Shown: in pieces, positions 10,443-20,684 of the stretch
How the letters are laid out: every line of letters begins with the position of its first letter
Position numbering within the stretch: the stretch's first letter is position 1
DNA from: Ascoidea asiatica JCM 7603
Lineage: Eukaryota > Fungi > Ascomycota
Direction: 5' to 3'
Assembly (NCBI GenBank): GCA_001600695.1
Contig: BCKQ01000004.1
Span: forward strand, 417,583-481,582
Length of the DNA stretch: 64,000 bases
The notes under the pieces: generated by a model
What the model was told of the DNA's origin: nothing
What the model saw: only the letters and a program-made list of their open reading frames with translations
Databases searched by the model: none
Position numbers and translations under genes: made by a program

Positions 10443-12656
10443 ATGATTTTTGAAGTTGCTGTTGCTGTTGTTTCAACTTCTTGCTTCTTAAATCAATCTC
10501 AAGATTCAGTTATTCCCACAATTGATGATGTTTTCACATCAATTAATAAAACAAATCTCAATAATAATAATAATAATAATTCATTTAAATTAACTTATTC
10601 AAAAATCTTACCAGACGATATTCAAAAAATTCAAAATTGTATAAAAGAATGGACTTCAATTTATCCATCACCACCTTCTTTAATTTTAACTTCAGGTGGT
10701 ACTGGATTTTCAAATAATGATATAACTCCAGAAGCTATAAAAATTATGATTGAAAAAGAAACTCCTGGAATTACAAATAAATTACTTTATTCATCTTTAA
10801 AAAAAACTTCATATTCTATATTATCTAGACCTGTATCTGGTATAATCAAAAAATCTTTAATAATTACACTTCCTGGATCCCCTAAAGCTGTGAAAGAAAA
10901 TATTGAATCAATTTTAGATCCTTTAGGTCATGGATTAGAACAATTGGGTTTGAATAGTTCAAGACATCTTCATTCCAAAGGTTTCACCACAAATTCAGCT
11001 AATGACTCTAAAAATAGTGAAAAGAGTCTTTTAATAAATAAAGACCAAGAAAAGAATGAAAAGAATATAAAAAATTCTATCAAAGAAGCTAAAAACAATA
11101 CCGAGCTTCATTCTCCTGATCATTCTCATTCCCATTCCCATTCTCATTCTCATTCGCACGAAGATCATCATCCCAACCATAATCATAGTCATAGCCATAG
11201 TCATAGCCATAGCTATTCACATCACGGATTAGCCAAACATGATTTAATAACAAATAATCCGTCAAATCCAGTAATTGAAAGAGCAAGACAATCTCCTTTT
11301 CCAATGATTTCTGTAGAAAATGCTTTAGATTTAATTATTGAACATACTCTAAAACCTGAAATAATTCTAAAAAATATTAATGATGATGATATACTCAATT
11401 ATATAATTGCTGAAGATATTTTTTCTCCTATAAATGTTCCAAATTTTAGAGCAAGTATAGTTGATGGTTATGCTGTAATAAATACTGATTGTCCAGGAAT
11501 ACTTTCTGTTATAAGTAATTCTCATGCAGCTCCAGTGAAGGAAACCGATAAAATAATTGAAATATCTAATGGTACAACTGCTCGTATTACTACTGGTGCT
11601 CCAGTTCCAGATGGTGCAAATGCAGTAATTATGGTTGAAGAAACAAATATAAAAAGTTTTTCAGATGATAAAAAAGAAGAAAAAGAAATTGAAATTTTAT
11701 CAATGAATGTTTTACCTAATGATAATATCAGAGAAATTGGTTCTGATATAGAAAAAGGTGAATTAATTTTAAGTAAAAATTCAAAAATTTCTTCAGTTGG
11801 TGGAGAAATTGGAATTTTAGCATCGGTCGGAATTAATCTTATAAAAGTTTATAAAAAACCAATTATTGGACTTTTATCTACTGGAGATGAATTATTGAAT
11901 ATTTCAAAACAAAAATCGTCTTCATCATCTTTGTCTGGCATTTCATTATCAAAGGGACAAATATTTGATTCAAATAGACCTTCGATTATTTTTACATTAC
12001 GTAGTTGGGGTTTTAAAGTTATAGATTTAGGAATTGCAAATGATAAAACTATAGGATTAAAAAAAAAAATTTTAGATTCAATTACCAATTTTGATCTTGA
12101 TTATATTATTACAAGTGGAGGTGTATCAATGGGAGAACTTGATTTAATTAAACCTGTTATTGAAAGAGAAATTAATGGAACAATTCATTTTGGTAGAGTT
12201 TCAATGAAACCTGGAAAACCTACAACATTTGCAAGTGTGATAATTAATGATAAAAAAAGAATAATTTTTGGATTACCTGGAAATCCAGCATCTGCACAAG
12301 TTACTCTTCATCTTTTTGTTCATCCATCATTATGTTTATTTTCTGGATATGGATATAGAATTAAAAATAATGAGAAAAAAGGAAATTGTTTTTTTCCTAA
12401 AGTTAAGGTTATACTTGCAGATAAAATGAAATTAGATTCTAGATCCGAATATCATAGAGTTAATATCTTGCAAGTTTTAGAAAATGGATATTATAAATTA
12501 ATTGCTAAAAGTACTGGAGGTCAAAGAAGTAGTAGAATTGGAAGCTTATATGACTCTAACGGATTATTATGTTTGCCTTCTTATCCTAAAGAATCTCAAA
12601 CCAAATATTTGGACGAAGGTAGTGTTGTGGATGCCATTTTGATTGATAATCTTTGA
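10443..12656 (+). CDS. Molybdopterin adenylyltransferase/Mo insertase, gephyrin/CnxE-type G(MogA)+E(MoeA) fusion
   Basis: G domain: SGGTGF..DITPEA, LPGSPKAVKE. His-rich linker. E domain: FRASIVDGYA, RITTGAPVPDGANAVIMVEET, STGDEL, DSNR, SGGVSMGELD, MKPGKP, GLPGNPAS. Confidence 0.95.
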   Translation: MIFEVAVAVVSTSCFLNQSQDSVIPTIDDVFTSINKTNLNNNNNNNSFKLTYSKILPDDIQKIQNCIKEWTSIYPSPPSLILTSGGTGFSNNDITPEAIKIMIEKETPGITNKLLYSSLKKTSYSILSRPVSGIIKKSLIITLPGSPKAVKENIESILDPLGHGLEQLGLNSSRHLHSKGFTTNSANDSKNSEKSLLINKDQEKNEKNIKNSIKEAKNNTELHSPDHSHSHSHSHSHSHEDHHPNHNHSHSHSHSHSYSHHGLAKHDLITNNPSNPVIERARQSPFPMISVENALDLIIEHTLKPEIILKNINDDDILNYIIAEDIFSPINVPNFRASIVDGYAVINTDCPGILSVISNSHAAPVKETDKIIEISNGTTARITTGAPVPDGANAVIMVEETNIKSFSDDKKEEKEIEILSMNVLPNDNIREIGSDIEKGELILSKNSKISSVGGEIGILASVGINLIKVYKKPIIGLLSTGDELLNISKQKSSSSSLSGISLSKGQIFDSNRPSIIFTLRSWGFKVIDLGIANDKTIGLKKKILDSITNFDLDYIITSGGVSMGELDLIKPVIEREINGTIHFGRVSMKPGKPTTFASVIINDKKRIIFGLPGNPASAQVTLHLFVHPSLCLFSGYGYRIKNNEKKGNCFFPKVKVILADKMKLDSRSEYHRVNILQVLENGYYKLIAKSTGGQRSSRIGSLYDSNGLLCLPSYPKESQTKYLDEGSVVDAILIDNL

Positions 12657-12696
12657 AGATTTTTTTTTAAAAAAAAATTAACATTTATAAACTATA

Positions 12697-13509
12697 CTAT
12701 AATGAAGCTTTAGATTTTTCATTTCCTTGATCCATAATTCTTAAAATTTTTTTCAAGAAAACATCATAATTATTGTTATTTATATCTATACCTAAAGTTG
12801 TATTAATATTTTGGTCAATATTTTGATTAAAATTTTTTAATTTTTCAATTCTTTTATTTAAATAATCAAATTTATCATTATAAATTGTATTTAATTGATT
12901 TTGAACATCTTGACGTAAAATAAAATTTTCTTGTAATGAATTATTTATTGTATTTAAAATTTTTTTATTTTGATTTAATAAGTTCATAAGTTTTGAAGAT
13001 AAAAATTCATTTCTTTGTATTTTTAATTGATAAGATAAATTTTCTTCAGTTAATCTATTTATTTCCTTTTCCGTTCTTAATATCATATTATTTTCTGGAA
13101 TTATAGCATTTTTTGAATTTTTATTAATATCTATATCATTGTTGTTGTTATCAATTTCATTTTTTTGGTTGGAATTATCCTTTTTATTATCAATTGATAT
13201 TATTTTATCATCTTTATTTAGACTTTCATCATTTGGTTCATCTTCTTCTTGAATGTTTGCTAAAAATGAATTTTCATATTTTAATAATAAACTGTTATTT
13301 TCTTCAGTATTTTCAAAATCCGGATCTCCATAAGTTGTTAAATATGTATTTCCTACAAAATCATCAAAATTAGTGTCAGCATCATCAGCTATTGACCTTA
13401 TTAATTTTTCAATTTTATTATCTTCAACTCTTGAATCTGATATATGAGTAGATAATTCATTTATAAGATATTCAAGAGATCTCAATTCATCTAGCGTACT
13501 CTGATCCAT
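12697..13509 (-). CDS. Coiled-coil protein, probably Far3-like (FAR/STRIPAK complex)
   Basis: 270-aa ORF with genome-typical codon bias. LEYLINELS...RVEDNKIEKLIRSIA and EINRLTEENL...IQRNEFLSSKLMNLL recall two blocks of yeast Far3 (weak similarity, from memory). Confidence 0.5.
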   Translation of the reverse strand: MDQSTLDELRSLEYLINELSTHISDSRVEDNKIEKLIRSIADDADTNFDDFVGNTYLTTYGDPDFENTEENNSLLLKYENSFLANIQEEDEPNDESLNKDDKIISIDNKKDNSNQKNEIDNNNNDIDINKNSKNAIIPENNMILRTEKEINRLTEENLSYQLKIQRNEFLSSKLMNLLNQNKKILNTINNSLQENFILRQDVQNQLNTIYNDKFDYLNKRIEKLKNFNQNIDQNINTTLGIDINNNNYDVFLKKILRIMDQGNEKSKASL

Positions 13510-14030
13510 TATTATTTATTCCAGTGGAAACCTAGCTTTGTTTTTTTTTGGAAAAGGTTATATTCTCAATATAGGGATACTCTACTAGATCTCCATTAAA
13601 TACAGGTTATTATCAATCAAATCAATAAAATCAATTAACCTCAATTAAATCAGTTGAATGAATATCAATAATTAGACCTTTATTCAGAATTAGTTAACGT
13701 TAATTCATTTGAGTGAGAGATAAACCATTGGAAAGAACCACAGCGCTGGCAACGGGAACAAAAGCCAGTTTTCTGGGTCCAGACACGTCACCTGCCCAGG
13801 AAACCAAAGCTAAATTTCATTTTATCAATTTCACAAGTTACTGAAAAATGCTGAAATCAAGATCAAAGGCAAATAATTTTATGATTCAAAGATTTTAAAT
13901 TATTGAATTGGTAAAGATCATTGAAGAAGAATTTTAGAGGAGAAAAGAACATTGATTTGTTTGAGTATATGAATATTGGGAAAAGAATTGAATAAAACTA
14001 GAAGATAAATAATTTATATTTTAATTCAAA

Positions 14031-15401
14031 ATGTCAGATAAACCACCAAAGAAACCAGATTTAAGATCTATACAGCAATTACTTGAGATGTTAAGTATGG
14101 GACAAGAACTTACACCAGAACAACATAAAGAAATGAAAGATTATAAATTTTGGAAAACACAACCAGTAATATCATTTGATGAAGAAGTTTTAACAGAAGG
14201 TCCAATTGATAAAATTAAAAAACCTAGTGATATTTCTAATGAACCATTTCCATTATTAGAAGGTTTTGAATGGGTTACAATGGATTTAACAAATTCTAAA
14301 GAACTTGATGAAGTTTATGAATTATTACATGAAAATTATGTTGAAGATTCTGCTGCAAGTTTTAGATTTAAATATAGTCATGAATTTTTTAATTGGGCTT
14401 TAAAACCACCAGGATGGAAAAAAGATTGGCATGTTGGTGTAAGAGTTAAAACAAGTAAAAGATTAATTGCATTTATTTCTGCAATTCCAAGTAATTTAAA
14501 AGTTCGTAAAAATATAATAAATTCAGTTGAAATTAATTTTTTATGTGTTCATAAAAAATTAAGAACTAAAAGATTAGCTCCAGTTTTAATTAAAGAAATT
14601 ACAAGAAGAGTTAATAAATATGATATTTGGCAAGCATTATATACAGGAGGTGTTTTATTACCAACACCAGTTTCAACATGTCGTTATAATCATAGACCAT
14701 TAAATTGGGAAAAATTAAATGAAGTTGGATTTTCTGCTTTACCAGAAAATAAATCAATTAAACAAATGGTTAAAAAATATGAAATTTCAAAAAATTTACA
14801 TTTTGATGAAAAAAAAGGTTTAAGATTAATTGAAGAAAAAGATATTGAAGAAGTATTTGAATTATTTAATAAATTTCAAAGTAAATATGATATGATTCAA
14901 ATATTTACATTAGAAGAATTTAAACATTGGTTAATAGACAATAATAATAATGAAAGTGAAGAAAATAAACAAAAACAAAAAGTAATATATACATATGTTA
15001 TTGAAGATCCAAGTACTGGTAAAATTACTGATTTTTTCTCATTTTATATCTTACCATTTACAGTATTAAATAATTCTAAATATAAAGAATTAAATATTGC
15101 ATATTTATTTTATTATGGTACAATATATGATAAAAATGAAAAAGAATTGAAACAAAGACTTCAATTATTAATTTCAGATGCATTAATTTTAAGTAAAAAT
15201 CTTGAAATTGATGTATTCAATGCTTTAACTTGTCAAGATAATACTTTATTTTTAGAAGAATTAAAATTTGGTTTAGGTGATGGATTTTTAAATTATTATC
15301 TATTCAATTGGAGAACATTCCCAATCAATGGAGGACTTGATGAAAAGACTAGAAGCGTTAATAGTGAAAAGGGTAGTGGAGTTGGTGTTGTTTTATTATA
15401 A
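14031..15401 (+). CDS. NMT1: Glycylpeptide N-tetradecanoyltransferase (N-myristoyltransferase)
   Basis: YKFWKTQPV, ENYVED, EINFLCVHKKLRTKRLAPVLIKEITRRVN, KFGLGDGFLNYYLFNW, C-terminal GVGVVLL. Confidence 0.98.
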   Translation: MSDKPPKKPDLRSIQQLLEMLSMGQELTPEQHKEMKDYKFWKTQPVISFDEEVLTEGPIDKIKKPSDISNEPFPLLEGFEWVTMDLTNSKELDEVYELLHENYVEDSAASFRFKYSHEFFNWALKPPGWKKDWHVGVRVKTSKRLIAFISAIPSNLKVRKNIINSVEINFLCVHKKLRTKRLAPVLIKEITRRVNKYDIWQALYTGGVLLPTPVSTCRYNHRPLNWEKLNEVGFSALPENKSIKQMVKKYEISKNLHFDEKKGLRLIEEKDIEEVFELFNKFQSKYDMIQIFTLEEFKHWLIDNNNNESEENKQKQKVIYTYVIEDPSTGKITDFFSFYILPFTVLNNSKYKELNIAYLFYYGTIYDKNEKELKQRLQLLISDALILSKNLEIDVFNALTCQDNTLFLEELKFGLGDGFLNYYLFNWRTFPINGGLDEKTRSVNSEKGSGVGVVLL

Positions 15402-15522
15402 TGAATGATATTATTATAAACTTATTGATATTCTTATATTATATTTTATTGGCATTTATAAAAAATAAATAACACTCGTTATACCTTTTATCTTTAAACT
15501 GATTACCCAAAGAAGAAGTACC

Positions 15523-15685
15523 ATTCCGAATAAATTCCGACCGTATTCCGACCGTGAAAAAATTCTCGGGGTTTCGGCTCGGGATTTTAACGGATTTATA
15601 GCCGACGGATCTAAAAAAAAAGCGGATTTAGCAGACATCCGCGGATATTTCCCGGTAAGCTCAATTTGACCCTGAAGCATCCGGC
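15523..15685. promoter_or_regulatory. Dense CGG/CCG cluster including a TCCGCGGA (PDRE-type) palindrome, upstream of UPS1
   Basis: About 16 CGG/CCG triplets in ~160 nt. ATTCCGACCGT direct repeat at 15534-15544 and 15545-15555. TCCGCGGA at 15638-15645. Confidence 0.5.
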
Positions 15686-16012
15686 CTCCAGCTCAGTTTC
15701 CTGTTTTTCTACTGTCAGCAGCTAATTTTTGCTTTGGAAGTCTTTTTCCTTGAAATGAATTCATTTCTTTGATTCTTCATACTTTTTCAGATTTGTTTGT
15801 AAAATATATTAATTTGTTCCTTTAAATTAGCCAATAATAACCACCTATTATTAAACAATTTCAATTTATATATCACTTTATATCCTCCATTTACAAAAAA
15901 TATTTAATTTTATCAATTTCATTATCATCTCATTATCATTATTATTATTTCAATATTTATTTATCATTAAAAGATTTCATAGTTCTTATTTTAATATTTT
16001 GTTAATTCAAGA

Positions 16013-16567
16013 ATGGTTTTATGGTATAAAAGTAAAAACGAAATAAATTACAATTTTCAAACTGTTTCTTTAGCTCTTTATAATAAATATCCAAATCCAT
16101 TTTCAAAACATGTTTTATCTGTTGATACACTTGAAAATAAATTAGATTCTGAAGGTAATTTACATAGAACAAGATTAATTAAAAAATCTGGTAATTTACC
16201 AATATGGGCAAAACCATTTCTTAAAAATATTTCAAAATCTTGGATAATTGAAAGATCAATTGTAAATCCAAAAACTAAAGAAATGAAAGTTTATACAAGA
16301 AATTTAGAACATACAAGAATTTTAAAAATTGAAGAATATTCAAATTATTATTATGATAATTTAATTAATAAAACTATGGTTAAATCAAATGTTAAATTTA
16401 GTTCTGCTTTTAAAGGTTTAGGTATTAAAAATAGAATTGAAAGATGGTCTCATAAACGATTTGAAGGTAATTTAAAAAACTCATTTAATGGTTTAATGTA
16501 TATCATATATAGAAGTTGCTCTTCTAGAGGTGTTAATGACTCTCAAGTAAACAATTCAACTGCATAA
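16013..16567 (+). CDS. UPS1: PRELI/MSF1-family phosphatidic acid transfer protein Ups1
   Basis: MVL..KS, KYPNPFSKHVLSVDT, RTRLIKKSGNLPIWAKPFL, YTRNLEHT, VKFSS. Confidence 0.92.
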   Translation: MVLWYKSKNEINYNFQTVSLALYNKYPNPFSKHVLSVDTLENKLDSEGNLHRTRLIKKSGNLPIWAKPFLKNISKSWIIERSIVNPKTKEMKVYTRNLEHTRILKIEEYSNYYYDNLINKTMVKSNVKFSSAFKGLGIKNRIERWSHKRFEGNLKNSFNGLMYIIYRSCSSRGVNDSQVNNSTA

Positions 16568-16852
16568 TAACTTTTATCTTCCTAATTTTTTTTTTGTTCT
16601 TTTTTTTTTCTACATTTTCATTCTTTTTTTTTAAACCATAAAAAGAAAAAAAAAAATCTTTTTTCATATTAATAATGATTTCTTTATTTAAATTAATGAT
16701 ATTATAACTTTTTAATTCTATATTTTTTTATCCATGTAAATCTATAATTTAATAAAAAATTGTCTATAAATTTTGTCTATAATTTTTGTATATTCGTTAC
16801 TTAGTTCTCAGTACAAACCATTTATTAATGTACTTTTTTGAGATTATTCAAA

Positions 16853-18445
16853 TTATGATGTTCCATCAATACAATTTCCAACCCAGTCACTGATTTCTTC
16901 ATCTAAAATAAATCCAGAAATCTCAGATCCAATATATTTAATTTTTTCTTCTTTTAAAATTTGTTCAAGAAATTTAAATGATTCAATAATTCTTTTTTTC
17001 TCAGAATTATCAATTTCATTATTATTAATTATATTAATTGAAAATTTTATTAAATATCCCTTTTCAATAAATAACTTTAATTCAATTCCTTTTTTTTCAT
17101 TTTTTAAAATATGTTCAAATTTTGGTGTTTTACCAAATCTCCATTCCCAACTTTTTAATTCATTTGAAATTTTAATGATTTCTTCATTTAAATCTTCTTT
17201 ATTTATAAAACTTATATTACAATGTTTTTTAATTTCAAAAAATTTATCATTTTCAAATATTTGATCAATATCTTTATAATCATCAGATTCATTAAGATCA
17301 TTAAAATCATTAGAATCATTAGAATCTTTGGATATATTTTCAATTTCATTTTCAATTACTATAGGTAATCCAGATTTTTTATTAAATTCTTCAAATTCTT
17401 TTGTATTAATACCAAATTCTTCTTTAAATCCTTCTTTTAATTTTTCAATAAATAAATTATTATTAATATTTAAATTACTTATTGAAGATTTTACTGAATT
17501 TACACTATTTCCATTATTTATAATACCTAAAAAATTTTCATCTCTATGTAAAAATTTTTTAATATAATTAAGATTTGAATTTAATAACATTGTACCATGA
17601 TGATAACTTTTACCATTTGAAATTTTATATGCAGATCCAGAAATTTTTTCTAATGAATTTTTTTTAATAATATCACCTCTTTCATTTAAAGTAATCTCAC
17701 ATATTTCACTTGTTTCAATATTATGTAATTCATTTATTTTTTTTGAAATTAATTCACCAAATTTTCTTCTATAAAAATTTTCTCTTGTTGTCATAAATGA
17801 ATAATTTACATTACCTTTATCATGAGCAACACAACCACCACCAGATTTTCTTCTAATAAATGGAATTTTTAAATTATTAACTAATGGAAAATTCATTTCT
17901 TTCCATGGATTTTGATTTTTTCCAATCACAACACATGGTGAATTTATATAAATAACTAATCTTTGATTTTTAAATATTAAATTATCTTCTTTACTGTTGC
18001 TTTTATCTTTTATATTTCTTTTATTAATTGGTAAATTATTATAAATATAATCTTCTAAGGCCAAATTCAAATAAGGATCATTAAAATTTGAGATAAATAT
18101 ATGAGGACCAATTGATTTGGAGAGTAATTCTAAGGATACTTTATTTTTTTTATCTATTAAATCATTTTTTTTTTTAACTATTTTATTTGGTAATTGAATA
18201 TCTTTAAATAAATCTTGATAAAAGTTATTTAAATCATTATATTTTTCATCACCAACTAAATCTTCGGATTTAAATGGAATATTTTGTAAATTATTTAACT
18301 CATTTATATTTTCTTTTTCAATTTTATTATTGAAAGAACTAAAATATCTTGGTCTATAGAATTTGTTAATATTAACAGAATGAAATGAATAAAATGAATG
18401 AATTGGGTTATTTAATACCCTAAAGTTATGTAAATACTTTATCAT
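16853..18445 (-). CDS. AIM22: Mitochondrial lipoate-protein ligase A-like (Aim22/Lip3)
   Basis: DPYLNLALEDY, CVVIGKNQNPWKE, RRKSGGGCVAHDKGNVNYS, KISGSAYK, HHGTMLL, WEWRFGKTPKF. Presequence-like N-terminus. Confidence 0.92.
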   Translation of the reverse strand: MIKYLHNFRVLNNPIHSFYSFHSVNINKFYRPRYFSSFNNKIEKENINELNNLQNIPFKSEDLVGDEKYNDLNNFYQDLFKDIQLPNKIVKKKNDLIDKKNKVSLELLSKSIGPHIFISNFNDPYLNLALEDYIYNNLPINKRNIKDKSNSKEDNLIFKNQRLVIYINSPCVVIGKNQNPWKEMNFPLVNNLKIPFIRRKSGGGCVAHDKGNVNYSFMTTRENFYRRKFGELISKKINELHNIETSEICEITLNERGDIIKKNSLEKISGSAYKISNGKSYHHGTMLLNSNLNYIKKFLHRDENFLGIINNGNSVNSVKSSISNLNINNNLFIEKLKEGFKEEFGINTKEFEEFNKKSGLPIVIENEIENISKDSNDSNDFNDLNESDDYKDIDQIFENDKFFEIKKHCNISFINKEDLNEEIIKISNELKSWEWRFGKTPKFEHILKNEKKGIELKLFIEKGYLIKFSINIINNNEIDNSEKKRIIESFKFLEQILKEEKIKYIGSEISGFILDEEISDWVGNCIDGTS

Positions 18446-18909
18446 AGAAATGTGTTAAAGATTTAATAGATTGATAATGATTATAACTATGATTTTTTTA
18501 GATTATTGTAAATATCTTTAGTTGTATTTCTTTTCTTTACTTCTTTTCTTTTTATTTTTTCATATATTTAAATCAAAATAGTCAGTGAGCTAAGGTTAAT
18601 GATATTTTAAAGCGGTTAAAATACTTAAAGACAAAAAGTATTTTATGTCGGCGGTAACTTTATGATATAAAATTTCTATTGTTTATTGCGAGATGTAAAA
18701 TATATAGCTTTATTAAAGATAAAAGAGATACAAAAATTAGAATTAAAATTAAACTTAGTTAAAAATACAAAAATAATAGAGAAAAATAGAGGGATTTAAA
18801 TAATATAAATTGTAAATTTTGATTGTAAGTAAAAAAGAGATTAAATGAAGATTTGAAAGTTGAACGAAGATATTAAGATTAATATATATATATATAATAT
18901 ACAGATATA

Positions 18910-20427
18910 CTAATTTAAACAATCAGTTGCATTACAACCTATTAAATCATCAACTAAACAAGCTTGACTACCATTTTTAATTGTACCATAATTTGAATTA
19001 TTTGGAGATTTATTTGGAGAATTTGAATGTGAAACATTTGAAGAGTTTGAATTTGAATTTAAATTTGAATTTGAAATAGGATTAATATCTATGAGATTTG
19101 AATTTGTATTTGTATTTGAATTTGAATTTGGATTTGGATTTGAAGTATTATTTGTAATGGAATTTTGTATATTTTTATTAAATTCAGGTTGAATTGTTGC
19201 AGAATGTATACCATATTCATGTAAGATTTTTTTTAAATCTATACAAATATCAAAAAATTGATCTGGACTTACATTTAATTCAATATGAAAACTTGCAATT
19301 AAAATATCTTCAGTTAAATTCCAAATATGAAAATCATGAATTGAATTAATTGAATTAATATTTAATAAAATTTTTTTTTGAATATTATCAATTGAAATAT
19401 CATTTGGAGTTGCTTGTAATAAAATTTTTGAACTTGTTTTACATAAAGGTAAAGCAGTTGAAAAAATTATAATTGTGATGAATAAAGAAACAATTGGATC
19501 AAAATAATATTTCCAAGTAAAATTTGTTTTCCAAATAAATAAAGCGGTTAATATTACACCAATATTACCTAAAGCATCACCCATAACATGTAAAAAGACA
19601 CCTCTCATATTTAAAGATTTTTTTTTAGTATTTGATTTATTAGTATCTGTATTAGTAATATTATTATTATTATTATTATTGATATTATCAATTGAACCTG
19701 GTGGAGATGATAATGACATTGAATTTGAAGCTTTAGTATTTAATCTATGAACTACTTCTTCAGGTAAAATTTCATTAATATTTTCAATTGAACTTTCTTC
19801 ATCAGAATTATGATTATGATTATGATTATTTTCGTCATCATCATCTTCTATATGATGGGATGGTAAATGAGAATGAGGAGTTTGAGTTGGAGTTGAATCT
19901 GAATAAGGTTGAGAATCTAAATCTGAATAAGGAAGAGTTATAGCTTTTGAATTTGAATTTGAGAGAGATTTTGAATGAGAAGAATGAGAATGAGAATGAG
20001 AAGAGGAAGAACCATGAGAATGAGAATGTTCACTAAATAATAAAAGTCCAATAAAATTAGAAGCTAAACCTGCAGAACCAACATATAAAATTAATTTTGG
20101 ATTTGTTATAATTTGAGGAGATATTAATCTTTGTATAACTTCAATAAAAATTGAAAAACATAAAGCAATTAAAAAAACAGAATTTATTAAAGCACCTAAA
20201 ATTTCACTTCTTTGCCATCCATAAGTATAAATTGAATTTGCTAATTTTTTTTTTTGTTTTACAGCCCATAAAGCAACAAATAATGATAAAATATCATTTA
20301 ACATATGAAAAGAATCTGCAATTAAAGCTAATGAATTAACTGCATAACCTATAATTACTTCTAACAAAAAAAATACAGTATCTAATAATAATAAAGCAAT
20401 TATTCTTGCTTGCTTACCTTTCATCAT
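18910..20427 (-). CDS. ZRC1: Cation diffusion facilitator vacuolar Zn/Co transporter (Zrc1/Cot1)
   Basis: SLALIADSFHMLND, YTYGWQRSEILGAL, His-rich loop, LNMRGVFLHVMGDALGN, HDFHIWNL, HSATIQPEF. Confidence 0.95.
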   Translation of the reverse strand: MMKGKQARIIALLLLDTVFFLLEVIIGYAVNSLALIADSFHMLNDILSLFVALWAVKQKKKLANSIYTYGWQRSEILGALINSVFLIALCFSIFIEVIQRLISPQIITNPKLILYVGSAGLASNFIGLLLFSEHSHSHGSSSSHSHSHSSHSKSLSNSNSKAITLPYSDLDSQPYSDSTPTQTPHSHLPSHHIEDDDDENNHNHNHNSDEESSIENINEILPEEVVHRLNTKASNSMSLSSPPGSIDNINNNNNNNITNTDTNKSNTKKKSLNMRGVFLHVMGDALGNIGVILTALFIWKTNFTWKYYFDPIVSLFITIIIFSTALPLCKTSSKILLQATPNDISIDNIQKKILLNINSINSIHDFHIWNLTEDILIASFHIELNVSPDQFFDICIDLKKILHEYGIHSATIQPEFNKNIQNSITNNTSNPNPNSNSNTNTNSNLIDINPISNSNLNSNSNSSNVSHSNSPNKSPNNSNYGTIKNGSQACLVDDLIGCNATDCLN

Positions 20428-20629
20428 TTTGAATATAAGATGAATGAATTTGAATGAATTTGAATGTATTTAAATGTATTTGAATAAATCTGAATGAATA
20501 AGCAACTTTAGATCTTCTTTTATATAAAAAAAAAGAATGTAACTAATCTAGTGATAATTTCAAAGTTTTAGAATTGATAAATTAAAAATGATAGATAAAA
20601 GAGGTTATTACAGAAATGAAAAAAAAATC

Positions 20630-20684
20630 GATAAAGAGATAAAGAGATAAAGTGATAAAGTGATAAAGTGATAAAGTGATAAAG
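20630..20684. repeat. 8-bp tandem repeat (GATAAAG[A/T]) x7
   Basis: Units start at 20630, 20638, 20646, 20654, 20662, 20670 and 20678, about 200 nt upstream of the ZRC1 ATG. Confidence 0.9.

Noticed and set aside
10443-20427. Moco insertase, lipoate ligase and Zn transporter as a cofactor/metal gene cluster
   Set aside because: They are interspersed with unrelated housekeeping genes, no shared promoter motif was seen, and no other Moco or nitrate genes lie in the window.
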